In this document: one piece after another, positions 14,101 to 28,188 of the stretch
How the letters are laid out: the number at the start of each line of letters is the position of its first letter
Numbering within the stretch: position 1 is the stretch's first letter
NCBI GenBank assembly: GCA_030141605.1
Contig: JAQGDQ010000102.1
Location: 167,676 to 231,675 of the forward strand
Direction of reading: 5' to 3'
DNA length: 64,000 nt
DNA from: Tubiluchus corallicola
Taxonomy: Eukaryota; Animalia; Priapulida
Notes under the pieces: model-generated
Told to the model about the DNA's origin: nothing
Seen by the model: only the letters and a program-made list of their open reading frames with translations
The model's database searches: none
Translations under genes and position numbers: made by a program

Positions 14101-17100
14101 TAGAAACGAAATTAAATATTCTAAGCATTTTTAACGTAAAAACATTCACACGGAGAGAGAGAGAGTAAAAGATATGAAGAGAGTGAAAGAAGAGAAGGAA
14201 AAAATAGAGTGACTGACAGCAGTAAATCTCAGGAAAACTTTCTAAGTTAACTGTAATGATTATTTACAAAAAATGCAACACGGAATACATCGTTAACTTC
14301 AGGCATAATCTGCCAAAGCAAAACACACCTGTACTTTTAATTTGATTAAAATAACCATTTCTACTAAATCCCCGTACCTGTAATTTTACGGGCATATCTA
14401 CTGCGGTAATGTTACTATAAATGGTTACTCTTTGTATTTCAGTTATTGTAGGAATTAAAGCTCAAGAAAAAAATTTGGCTTATATGAGTCATGCTTTAGA
14501 TTTTTGTAATGCGTCTTCATTTTCTTGTATTGCTTTTTATGGAGGCACATGGCTTCATTTAATGTCGCGTGTTGCTAAGACACATTAGCATTGTTAGCAT
14601 TAAACAAATACTCTCTGTATGTCGTAATTTTTAATCCTGCAAAATCAGATTATTGTATTCTTAATTAAGATATTTTTCAGTTAATTTACTTGCTAATTTG
14701 TTGATTTATGTTTAGGTCCGATTTATTGCTGACCTTGTAAACTGTCATGTAGTAGCTGCTGGATCACTCCTGCAAATGCTGGATGATTTTGTAGACGTGA
14801 CATTAGAGGATTCCATTCCACAGGTAACAAGCAGTTATAGGAAGATACGTCCGCTGTGTTGTCTGTGTGCAAGCGTGTTGTAGAAATTTTTATTTGCAAA
14901 CAAGAACCTTACCATAACATTGTGTAAAGTTTGAAAAAATAATCAGACCATTTGTAGCGCACACGTTACTAACTAAATGAAATTTAAAATTACTGTATCT
15001 TGTCAGTAAGATTAAAAATACGTTTTTAATTAATGAGTGGTGCACCCTGGAGTGTGAGTCAGCTTCATTTTACCAATTGGTAAAAGCATTTTAAATAATT
15101 AACATTTTTTTCTAGCAAAATGCTAAGTAACATAACTTTGCACGGAAAGTTTTTTAGGACATATTTTAACATTTCCTTTTCTTCCTCTGATTTACGTTGT
15201 GAGTATGTGACGTTATGCAGTGGCACAGTCAGAGCAGTATTGCGGAAGATTTAAAATGAAAACAAACAAAAAATCCTTTTAACACGTGTACTATATACGC
15301 ATAAAATTTGTATAAGCTAATACAATTTTGTAAGGCAATTTTTCTGAAACCTACTTCAGGTACCCCTTTTCTTGTCCTTTAAGTCAAATTTGCCAAGTGG
15401 TGCTAAAGTCAGCATTACATTGTCATCTTCTTTAGTCAGAGAGACAACCAATAAGCAAACAGCTTTAGTGTTGTTCACTTGTCTCTGTTATTTGTATGTC
15501 TGCTTCTAGGTTCGGTCTGATTGGTATGTTTATGCTGTTCTGTCTTCATTGCCGTACGTTGGACGAGAATTACATGAGAAAAAAGAAGTTGAACTAGACC
15601 GTCTCTTGGCCACCATACAAAGCTATATGAGGTGAGCAGGCAGAAATATCATGAGAATTATATTTTTCTTTAGAAATTCATATTATCTTTCAGTAATCAA
15701 TAAATCATTCGATACATGTGTATTAATAAAATTTCAATAACTATTGATGACAGTCGATATTTGTTTAGACACGCTGATCTAGCAAAATAAAGTTTATTCA
15801 GGCATAATATATGCAAGTAAACTGTTCCTCATAAGTACAAAACACAATTTAGCTGGCAAAATTTATGCAACTGCTTTGTAAACATTCACGTGTTTCTATG
15901 ATTTTAGTAAAAGACAGAAGGTCCATGTTCCAGCATTACAAGTTTGGTCATCTGAATTCCCTCATCCACAAGAAGAAGTAAGTTTCACTTGCATAACTGA
16001 CAAAGTGTTTTTGTGTTTTTCACAATGTTTTGCATTAAATCTATGAACGCAAGATAGATGCATTACGTAATAAAGTATCTCATCAAAGTCAGTATTAAAT
16101 TGTACACCTGACTTTATTCTGTAACTATATAGCTGTTCTCAACATTGTTTAAAATAAATGCCCAGTCATTTTTTTTATAAATATGAAAACCAACAACTTA
16201 AGCAGAAAAGGAATAATGTAATCGAATGCCAACATTTTTATGCGTCGCAATTACATGAATAATTAATAAAATACGTTAAACCTCAGCAATTGAACATTTG
16301 GGGTACTGTATCTGCACTCACCAAACTTCGGCTGTGTGTAGTGAATGAGCATCATGGCAGGATGAGGGTGATCATCCGAAACGTAGCATGGGATGTCTGT
16401 GCCTGTGTTTACTGTGGTGACAAGCTGCCGCGTGTTGAACTGTCGGAAGTGCAGAAGTTTTTTTTGTGTTGTGTAATTTTTTGTACATTATGTCTGTCCA
16501 AAATGCCCTGAATTTGTGCAGCAGGGAGGTATAGTAATAAAGCAACAAGTGATAATGTCAGTCTTTTCAAGTTTCCTGCCGTGACGTCATCAGTAAATGA
16601 CCTCCCGATCGCTAAATTGCGTGCATAAAGCAATTGGTATAAGTAAAATCATTCTGTTGTTTACGTAATTACTTAATTATTTTACAAAAGCGATTGGAAT
16701 ATCATTTCAGCACGTGTTTCTTAAACTTTTGCTAAAAATTGTTGGTGGGACTGGGCTTTAATATTTAATTTCTTAGCTGTTCCTGTTTTTTATATTGTTA
16801 CCTCAATTGTGTCAGATCATTTTGCAAAAGCTTTTAACCCGCCTGCTACTTGGTTTACTGCATTACAACAATTTTTGAACTAAAACACTTAGTGGCCCAG
16901 TATTCTTCATTATATGTGACGTTTTGTAAAGAAATAGCAAAAGATACTGAATGATATAATCAATGGTCCGAATTGTTTAGCAATCTTTGATTGTTTGTAA
17001 CTTTGTAGTGAAATACATGAAATTATATAATAACAATAGTTACCGCTCCAAATTATTTTCTAAAGTTATTATGTTTTAAATGTTGCTGACTCAGAAGTAT

Positions 17101-20100
17101 GTGTGTCAACTTGCCCTATTATAATACCTGATCATAATAGGTATGATTCTATTATGGACCTGAAATTATCAAAAAACATTACAAGTAATAAATTCATTTA
17201 TTATTTTCTGAAAATATGTAGACTCACTAACCATAGAGCAAACATAGTGCACAACTCATCAAAAAGATCCATATATTTAGTGTAACTTTTCTTTACATCA
17301 TGTTTGCAAGAACTTCTCTACATAAATACCACTTTTTGCATATTTATTCTAAGACACAAAACTGTGTGCAATACCATGTTGAAACTTTTCAAATGCGAAA
17401 AGTCCAGAACAACACAAAAAATCGCAGTTTTACTGACACTTGGTAACTAAAGCAGTTACTAGATTTTTTAAAGTCTTAGTTCTGTTCAGATATAGGTGAG
17501 GCATTTCAAATTTCCATACTTATTAAAAACATTAAATTTGTCCAATGTCAATACTGTACTAACTACTGTTTCAGTGTGCAATTAGTTAAAATTTTTCTCT
17601 AATCATATTGCGTTTAGTTTAAAATGCTCATATACATTTGTGTCATTCTAGTACCTTGACTGTCTCTGGGCTCAAATCATCAGACTAAAGCAGGAGCGTT
17701 GGGTGGAGAGAACCATCCTGCGACCATACTTGGGATTTGACAGTGTTCTTTCTGAAGCTTTACAGCATAACCTTCCCCAAGTGATACCTCCACCTCACTC
17801 GGACACCTGCAGCTATCCGTACCCTTGTGTTATCTTCCGCATGTTTGATTACACCGATGTAGCAGAGGTAGGTCTAAACTTCTAGGTTGTTATTATGCTG
17901 AAGACAGTGACTATGACTATTTTGCATGAGTATATGGATAATTGTAATATGACTTTGTTTCTGCAGTTTTTCTTGCATTAGGTATTAGAGTTTGACTGTG
18001 TAGAAAAGCATTTTCTGTTATTAATAAATTCTATCTCTTGTAGCTCAAACTATGTAGTATCTGCACAATCTACCTCATGTTGTTTGATTTGAGTTATATC
18101 TGCTTCTATTAAACATAAGAGCTTGCATACGTGTACTTATTTGTCAAAGCAATATGTATCACTTTCAAATCACATTCCTAGTCATGAGGTAAATCAGACC
18201 AGGATTCAGGTTTCAGCTCCTTTAATACTTAAACCAAATTTTAAATTGACAGATTGGCCAAAACTTAACCCGTGCTTTAAAAGCCATCGGGCTGGTAATA
18301 TCTTCTGCTATCAGCATCCAAGTTTCATATATCTAAATGCAGCATCATAGACCATCCCATGGATACAGCAGCTTCCGCTTACTGTTCTTATTTACAGTTG
18401 CTTCACTCTTCACAAAAGCGAAGCAGAAAGATGGATTTTACAGTTGTTTTTTTCATGTCTGCACAATATTCTCAACTCTTTGAGAAACATACAAACATGA
18501 CTGCCATATAAAAGCTAATGTGCTAATCTTAACCTACTCACACTGTCTTTTTCTGCCTGTCTCGGAAGCCATATTCCTTCACGTAGATACTGGCATTTTG
18601 TAAACGATTCTTCAAGGGATGACACTGCATGAGAACAGGCAGCTTGAGGCTTAAACTTATAACTTTTGGACCAAAATGTAAACATTTTACTTACCTATGA
18701 CATCAAGTGAGAACTCGCGACAGATCTTGCTGTTCCAAGCTGGGTTCTGAACTTCTGACTATGATCCATCACCTGTTCAGTAATGAATGCTATAAGAGAA
18801 ATGTACCTATGTTACCCAATAGTCTGTGCATTGCAGCAAATTTGTTATGTTTAAATTTAAAATTTTAGTCGTTTACCATGATATTAAAATGTTACAAATT
18901 AACTTGTAATCTTAAAAATTTGTGGTGATTGAAGTTTGGTATGAATAGAAACAAATTTTCTTTATTTTGGATTTTATCCTTATTGTTGGTTATGTTTAGG
19001 GTCCGTCCTTGCCTGGTGCGCATTCTATTGAAAGGTACCTCGTTGAAGAGTCATTGGAACGAATCATACATGCTAACATTCTTGAACGTAAAGATTGGTA
19101 AGTATTTTACTGGTGCTGCTCATTTCATTGTATTCTTTTAGTGAAGGTAGTAGAATCGTTTATGTTGCAGTGTGTTGCTTTCAACAAATACGAGTTTTTT
19201 TATCAGAACCTCCTTGCAACGATAACAAAATGTGGAAGAGTTACCGTGGTGTAGTTAGTGTCTTCCCTAACCACAAGTAATTTATCACTTCTCCATAGCT
19301 TGTCTCGTATTTTTTCCTTTAATATAGTCAAAATTCCCAGTTAATAGGTAAATACTGTATTCACTTTTTAGCAAGATGTCATAATGAAAATCGTCTTTTT
19401 CACAAGAGAGGTTAGTTAGACATATGATGCATGACTTACAATTTCAACAAAGATATAATTTTGCAAACTTTTCCTGTACTGTTTGCAGCTAGCTTATTCA
19501 TTTTGACAACTACAAATGGGCTAAGCAACTAATTCTGTTTTTTATCTTACAGTATGTTGCTTTTGGGGTTCGGAAAACAACCCTGCTTTTAGTTTGTAAT
19601 AACTTTTGGTACTTATTGAGACATTTCTCCATTTTACCTCTCATTGTGACACCGCAAGTGAAAAAATGTTGCACACAAAAATAGCCTAGAGCGTCTCTAA
19701 CTTCTAAACTAGTCTCCATTTAACAAAAGTCAAATAGAACCTGTTTCTCAGAATCAAACTGCATTGTTCTTTTATTGGTTTTGACAAGGACATCCTTCAG
19801 TTTCCTTAACGTTTGCTGTTTTTCCCAATTTATTGTTTTAATGTTTGAAACAGAATTAACTGTTTTATATGTTTATAATATAATAAATTGTGCACATATA
19901 ATATAATAAATTGTGCACATTTGTTTTATGCCAGAAGAATCAGTCAGAGCTAAGGTAATGTAATGTAGCTCTTGAGAGTAACATGTGACATTTCTTCTGT
20001 AATGAGCTCAGGTGTAAAACTTTGTAAACATGTTTGATACCTGCAATAAACATATAATGTGTGTATTCAATGTAGAAAATTATTTTACTCAAAAATTTTA

Positions 20101-23100
20101 ACCACTTACAAAAGCAGCTATTTGACCTTATTATGCAAGAAAGAACTAATAGTTCAAATTGTTTCTAATGTGCTAGACAGTGTTTCTAGTTTGCTACCAT
20201 TTATATTATATTATTACTCTTCTAATGTAAATAAATATCCTTATTTTGCATATTTTTATAGTTCTGCTACATTAATAACATTTCCTGGAAAGGGAAAAAT
20301 TCCTTTAAACTACATGATAGTCGAGGTAGGTTGTATTTAAATTTCTGTAACTGTGAAACATGTGTAAAACTGCCATGTTTTTATATAATTTTACAAATGT
20401 GTTTCTTAATTTAAATGTGAATGCCTACAAAATTTGTAACTTAGAGGCACCACACAGTCTATAGCTACTGGGGAAATTACCACTTGTTTTACTGCATCTA
20501 CCATCATCACATGAACTACTTGCATTTTTCATGCCCAAATAACTATATTTACCAGTGGCATAGCAAGCGCTTGTGATCCCTTGCAGCAAAAAATTCTAGC
20601 GCCCTACCCTTTGAATTTTTCATCATTTGTTTCATGTGTGAAGCCACTAATTGTACGCGTCTCTTGCGTCGCTGAATTCCCTTTCCTTTTTCACCATAAT
20701 GGGTTAAAGATAAATGAACTTTTTCTAAGAATCACCCTGAGTCTGATTTGCTGTACTGTACCAGAATAACTCCTCTATGTATAAGTTGCACATAACACGA
20801 CAGTTGTTAAACGTTCAGTTCAGCATTAAAACATGCAAAGATTATGAAAGTTGCAGAATACTTCAGGTATTCGCATTAATATGTCAGCATTTAAAGAACT
20901 ACCTCTGTTTTTCCCAAAATTATCGATCTGCTAAGCTACACGAAACCTTACACACATTTAGTAACAACATTAACCTTTTTTCTAGACTGTGTAGTAATAT
21001 AGTCTCCTACAATGATCTCTAATTGAGCAATTTTGTTATAGTTTGAAAACTTTTGTTAATTTTTTGTTAATGTTGATTAGTAATTAATAATTAACAGTCA
21101 TTGAACTTTAGGAGAATTTTGCGCCCGGGGACGATTGCCCACTTTGCTACGCCTCTGATATTTGCTATAGTTATGTTTGGTTCTAGGGTCCTGACTGAAC
21201 AATTTATGGTGACAATTTCATTGTGTGATTTTGTTGTTTCTTTCCATAAAATTATGACACTATTTTAAAAAAAGACTACGTTTTTGTTAACAGGTCATGT
21301 TCTCTTTGTTATTCAATCTGCCGACTATGCCATATCTTGAGATTGCCATTGGTTCAACGTTTATCGAGTTGTGCAAATTGCAGCCTAGCACGTTTCCTCA
21401 AGTTGTATCCTTTTGCTTTTTCATTTCAAATTCTTCAGGACTTCATTTCAAACTTAGAGGACAGTACAGTAGGTCCTCGCATAACGACGCTAATACAAAA
21501 TGCGACGTTAAGCGAAACGTCATTAAATGAAGTCAAGACTTCCTTAGAAAATAATGTAAAAGAATTGAGATATGTTCCAGACGCAAAAACCAATGCTGGT
21601 TAAATCATATAAATTAAATGTTTTATGAGTTTTATTCATATTTTTACTGACTAATTTCTTTTTGCTTGCCTGAAACCCCTTATATACCATTACTTACTTA
21701 CTTACCATTATCTAGCTATAGCGGTTTCTCTTTCGTTAATGTTTAAGTCTAGGTAGCAGTTAAATAATAAATACTGCAGAGTCAGAGCCAAGCCCTGGGC
21801 AACCTTGGGAATTTTATCGAGATGCTTAGTCTGGTTGCTATAGCAACAGGTTGCACACATAAAGTTTGCTAGTAGTTCTCACTTGATATAAACAGCTAGC
21901 ATTTAGTAGTCAGTTGGTAAGCAAAAACGTGTATAATAATTACACTGTTTACGTTGCTTGTGCATTTTTAGAACAGAATAATTCAGTATGTACGGTTTTA
22001 ATGTGTCAAATTAGGTAAAAATGATGTTGATAAAATAAAAATTTGCCTTGAGCAAAGCAAAAAAGTCATTGTTAAAGTGAAACTTGAGTCATTAAGTGAA
22101 AAAAGGTGTCAAATGGTCAGCGTCTTTAAGATGAGACGTCGCTAAAAACGGAGTCGTTAAGCGAGGACTTACTGTAGTTGCAAGCTTAACCTTGTGGTTT
22201 CATATCATTTATACAGTATTACTAGTGCTTTTTATTAGTGTTTGTTATTAGTGCTTGCTGCTAGTGCTTCTTACTATCGTTTGTTATTAGTGCTTGTTAC
22301 TAGTGCTTCTTACTGTCGTTTGTTATTAGTGCTTGCTACTAGTGCTTCTTAATATCGTTTGTTATTAGTGCTTGCTACTAGTGCTTCTTAATATCGTTTG
22401 TTATTAGTGCTTGCTGCTAGTGCTTCTTACTATCGTTTGTTATTAGTGCTTGTTACTAGTGCTTCTTACTGTCGTTTGTTATTAGTGCTTGCTACTAGTG
22501 CTTCTGAATATCGTTTGTTATTAGTGCTAGCTACTAGTGCTTCTTAATATCGTTTGTTATTAGTGCTTGCTGCTAGTGCTTCTTACTATCGTTTGTTATT
22601 AGTGCTTGTTACTAGTGCTTCTTACTGTCGTTTGTTATTAGTGCTTGCTACTAGTGCTTCTTAATATCGTTTGTTATTAGTGCTTGCTACTAGTGCTTCT
22701 TAATATCGTTTGTTATTAGTGCTTGCTACTAGTGCTTCTTACTATCGTTTGTTATTAGTGCTTGCTACTAGTGCTTCTTACTATCGTTTGTTATTAGTGC
22801 TTGCTACTAGTGCTTTTTACTATCGTTTGTTATTAGTGCTTGTTACTAGTGCTTCTTACTGTCGTTTGTTATTAGTGCTTGCTACTAGTGCTTCTTAATA
22901 TCGTTTGTTATTAGTGCTTGCTACTAGTGCTTCTTAATATCGTTTGTTATTAGTGCTTGCTGCTAGTGCTTCTTACTATCGTTTGTTATTAGTGCTTGTT
23001 ACTAGTGCTTCTTACTGTCGTTTGTTATTAGTGCTTGCTACTAGTGCTTCTTAATATCGTTTGTTATTAGTGCTTGCTACTAGTGCTTCTTAATATCGTT

Positions 23101-26100
23101 TGTTATTAGTGCTTGCTACTAGTGCTTCTTACTATCGTTTGTTATTAGTGCTTGCTACTAGTGCTTCTTACTATCGTTTGTTATTAGTGCTTGCTGCTAG
23201 TGCTTCTTACTATCGTTTGTTATTAGTGCTTGCTGCTAGTGCTTTTTACTATCGTTTGTTATTAGTGCTTGTTACTAGTGCTTCTTACTGTCGTTTGTTA
23301 TTAGTGCTTCTTACTATCATTTGTTATTAGTGCTTGCTACTAGTGCTCCTTACTATCGTTTGTTATTAGTGCTTGTTACTAGTGCTTCTTACTGTCGTTT
23401 GTTATTAGTGCTTCTTACTATCGTTTGTTATTAGTGCTTGCTACTAGTGCTTCTTACTGTCGTTTGTTATTAGTGCTTCTTACTATCATTTGTTATTAGT
23501 GCTTGCTACTAGTGCTTCTTACTATCGTTTGTTATTAGTGCTTGTTACTAGTGCTTCTTACTATCGTTTGTTATTAGTGCTTGTTACTAGTGCTTCTTAC
23601 TGTCGTTTGTTATTAGTGCTTCTTACTATCGTTTGTTATTAGTGCTTGCTACTAGTGCTTCTTACTAGCGTTTGCTAGTGCTGGCTACTAGTGCTTCTTA
23701 ATATCGTTTGTTATTAGTGCTTGCTACTAGTGCTTCTTAATATCGTTTTTTATTAGTGCTTGCTGCTAGTGCTTCTTACTATCGTTTGTTATTAGTGCTT
23801 GTTACTAGTGCTTCTTACTGTCGTTTGTTATTAGTGCTTGCTACTAGTGCTTCTTAATATCGTTTGTTATTAGTGCTTGCTACTAGTGCTTCTTAATATC
23901 GTTTGTTATTAGTGCTTGCTACTAGTGCTTCTTACTATCGTTTGTTATTAGTGCTTGCTACTAGTGCTTCTTACTATCGTTTGTTATTAGTGCTTGCTAC
24001 TAGTGCTTCTTACTATCGTTTGTTATTAGTGCTTGCTACTAGTGCTTCTTACTATCGTTTGTTATTAGTGCTTGTTACTAGTGCTTCTTACTGTCGTTTG
24101 TTATTAGTGCTTCTTACTATCGTTTGTTATTAGTGCTTCTTACTATCGTTTGTTATTAGTGCTTCTTACTATCGTTTGTTATTAGTGCTTGCTACTAGTG
24201 CTTCTTACTATCGTTTGTTATTAGTGCTTGCTGCTAGTGCTTCTTACTATCGTTTGTTATTAGTGCTTCTTACTATCGTTTGTTATTAGTGCTTGCTACT
24301 AGTGCTTCTTACTATCGTTTGTTATTAGTGCTTGCTACTAGTGCTTCTTACTATCGTTTGTTATTAGCGCTTGCTGCTAGTGCTTCTTACTAGCGTTTGC
24401 TAGTGCTGGCTACTAGTACTTGACACTAGTGTTTGTTATTAGTGCTTACTACTAGTGTTTGTTATTAGTGCTTACTACTAGTGTTTGTTATTAGTGCTTA
24501 CTACTAGTCTTTGTTATTAGTGCTTGTTACTAGGCACATGTTACTAATGCTTGTTGCTAGGGCTTGTCACTACAGGCTGTTACTAACGTTTTTTAGTGAT
24601 TTTGTCATTGTTGTGTTTTTTTAATCTTGAAAATAAAAGGCTGTTACAGGATTTTTTCGCTTTGTGTATTAAGTTCAAAGGGAAAATGAAATCTTGGTTT
24701 ATTTTAAGTATGTATATAGGCTTCGTTTTTTTTGGAAAATTATAACTTCTATCTGAAAGTATAAGCATTGCTTCTGTTTTTTTTTTATTCGACTGTCATT
24801 TGAAAAATTTAAGAACAAATTTTGTGTTTTGAAGCAGCTGAAGACAGCTCACCGAAGTTATAAAATTTAAGCAAATATTTGTTTAGCAAGTTTCTTTGAC
24901 TATAACTTTGTTTAGCTTGCTCAAGCTGTTGAGATGTTATTTGAACGCATTGATGCCATGAACACAGCTTGTATTGATAGGTATTGACATACTAATAATT
25001 ACAACTTTGATTAAGTTTTTGTGTTTATTCACGTAACTAAAAACTTATGTAAGTGCAATTTAGCATTTCCCGACCTTCACATTTTAACAGGGGACCCTTT
25101 AAATGTTTTTTGGTCACTGCCCCAATGCACAATATGTCCTACAAAATATAAACTCATTTAGGTGAAAATCATAATTTTTATTTTAAGTCGGCTTTTTGGA
25201 TGAACAATTAACATGAGCGCCAAAGAGCTTTTGGGCCGACTGTAAACAACAATCTACAACTACATAACATGACTATTATTATGGCAGGGCAACAGCAGGT
25301 ACCATTTTTAAAGCCTTTGGTATGACCTGGCTGCTGTGTCGAACTCACGACCTCTCAGACGGAAATGCGGATGCGTTACCACTAGAGTAAACCATGTGGT
25401 TCAACTAGTGGTTGTTTTGATTTCGTGTTCTGAAGCAAGTTGTATTTTTAATTGGCATGGCTTTCACAATGCACAAACTGAGGGCAAGAGGCCTGAGATC
25501 TACAGTGCAGCTTTATGATGGAACAAAAGCACAACTAATTAAACTTTGTTACCAAAGTTGAAAAACAGGAAATGTGAAAAAAGTAAGGGTTCATCCTGGA
25601 TTTGAATCAGAGAGCTTTTGTTACAAGGGACAGCCCTGATTTGAACCAGAAAGCTTCTGCTTACAAGGCAGCCTTGTAAGCAGAAGTAGATCCCTCGTTT
25701 AAATCCAAATTGTATCCCAAGTTTTTCCTATTTCCTGTTTTTCAAGTTTGGTAACAAAATTTATTTAATTACATGTTTTTAACATTGTTAATAATATTCT
25801 TGACATTAATATTACAGTAGCTAATGAAGCATTATATTAGTGTGTTTAATCCTCAGTCTTGAGCCATCTGCATAAGCATAAAGAATTGAGACATTGCAGA
25901 TCCATTGAGCATCAGATGAAGCTGCATAAAGGTGGTATGAGCATGTTCATGAAACAACAGTAAAACATTTTTACCTGTATTTTAACATTCAGCATTCTAT
26001 CTTGCTTTCAGATTTTCCTCATGGTTTGCCTATCACCTGAGTAACTTTCAGTTTCGCTGGAGTTGGGATGACTGGATCCCTTCTTTGTCTCAGAACCTTG

Positions 26101-28156
26101 AAATGCCAAAGCCAAAGTTCATCCGTGAAGTACTAATCAGATGCATGAGGTGAGCTTGCTTTGCCTTTCAGCAAACACTTCAACATTCAAATGTTTTATC
26201 TCACCTGTTTGAATTATCAACATTTGCCTGATAATTTAAATCAGAGTACTGCTACAATTACTGCAGTACTTCCTAATTATGCAATGCACTGTTTTTTAAT
26301 GTGATGAATTACTGGCAGGGCCAAATTATAACCTTTTGGGGCCTCCCGTGAAACGGAACCACCCTCTAACTCGCCCGCACACGTCTTGAATATTTTTTAC
26401 TCCTGACATATTTTAGCGACATTCTCATAGCTTGAAGTAAACTTATTGCAAATTCCTTAAATAAACCGGAACAGCCGTCATTTGTTTGTCAATAAAATAT
26501 TATTTAAGAAATACCACTGTTTTACAGTTTATTGCAAACATTTAGCATATGTTTCAACTCAACTGTAGTGAAAAATAGATTTTTTACCGACTGTTGTAAA
26601 GCTCTAGGCCCCCCAACTTGTTGACCACTAGGTTGCAAGCCTATAGGATTATCCTGCCCTGATCGTTAGTATAGCACAATTTTGATCTTTACATTTTTAA
26701 TAATCATAATCAATATCAATTTAAACTGTAATGATTAATAAAGAATGATTCAAACACTTCACATTGCAATAGTTTCAAATTACTGCATTTATTTCACACA
26801 AGTAGAAAACACCTTATGTATTGAAGAGAGTTTGAAGATAGTGAGTAATAACCGAAATCTGGATCTTTCCCAGTTCCTCACCTGATGACCATTTTCCTTC
26901 TGTGGTAATTTTGTATGTATGTTCCGTTGTATGTATGTTTTGTTTGTGTGTGTCATTTGTGTGGTGTTGATGTCATTTGAGTTTAATTGCATTTACAAAG
27001 TTGACTGCAGGAGTAATTCAGTATTACCGCATGTGTTCATTTTTCTCAACATTAATCAAATTGTTCTCAATGAAAGTGATGGCTATTATACTTTCTGAAG
27101 GAAGGCAGTTAGCAAATAGCAAAAGCTGTAAATGTCATCGTGCATTTTTTATGAATCTATTTTTAGATTATCTTATCATCAACGTGTTCAGGAAATTGTC
27201 CCGGATGCATACGCTCCACTTATTCCTGAAAAGCCAGAACCTTATTACAAGTATCAACTTGAAGGTGCAGGTAAGAAATAACCAGCCCAGTGATACACTA
27301 GGCACCATTTAAAATATAGACTCACGGTTAATAGACTCAATCGCTTAATTGACTCAAAAATGCCTGTAACGGGCCTCTTCTATTCAAATGTACTTTAAAA
27401 ACTGTTGGTTATTGACTCAAATAACGCTGCATAATTGACCCAATATTTTTGCTTCATATACTTCAATAAGACACTTTCTGTGACTAATAAGCTTTTATGG
27501 CTTTTATACCATCTTAGTTCGCTTTTGTCCCATAATCTACATAGAAATATTCCTGTTAAGTAACGTTTTGTTTGTAAGCAGGAATGTTTATCATACGCTA
27601 ATATGGTAGCCTAATGGTTTGCTTTGACCCACTCACCCACTGCAATTAACCTTGTTACCCAAGAATTCCTAGAAGCTAAACATTTAATCATTTGCTTAGC
27701 GGGTTGTTTTTGAAGCTTTGGCAGTCTTTGCTAGAAAGTTTAATCAGTCAGATGTTGCTGTTATGCCAGGGACGCAGGTACAGTACAGTAAGTACGTTAA
27801 GATAGCAAGCGGGAGCTCAGGCGAAATTACAAACGAAGCTACTTGCTGGGAAACACGGGCACCACCAACAGTTTAAGCACGCCAAGCGCTAAGTATTTTA
27901 CAAGAATTTGCGCATCATGCAGCAACAGATTTTCAATTTTTTTATCATTATGAGAACTTTGTGAGCCAACATCTTCATGATAAAATGAAGCAGCCGACTT
28001 TGAAGGCATTTTTGTAAATAAACAGACTTGTATGATTTAGAAAAGTATACTTTTTAATTCATTGCTAATTCACTTGTATAAATTAATATTTTATATCGGT
28101 TAATTGGGTCAAAACACTTGGGTCCCAAAGTGAGTTTGTTAAACAGCGCCTACTGT

Positions 28157-28188
<32 letters not shown>

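Larger units (their letters stand above)
21405..24915 (+). other. U12-type (minor spliceosome) GT-AG intron, NCBP1 intron 12
   Basis: Donor GTATCCTTTT at 21405 matches the U12 consensus. A branch-like TTTCTTTGAC lies at 24891-24900, 16 nt from the AG at 24914-24915, and there is no long polypyrimidine tract. Confidence 0.85.

Noticed and set aside
22241-24420. Regularly spaced repeats resembling a CRISPR array, or a repetitive membrane protein ORF
   Set aside because: The units are contiguous with no unique spacers, they sit in a eukaryotic intron, and frequent TAA variants break the frame.
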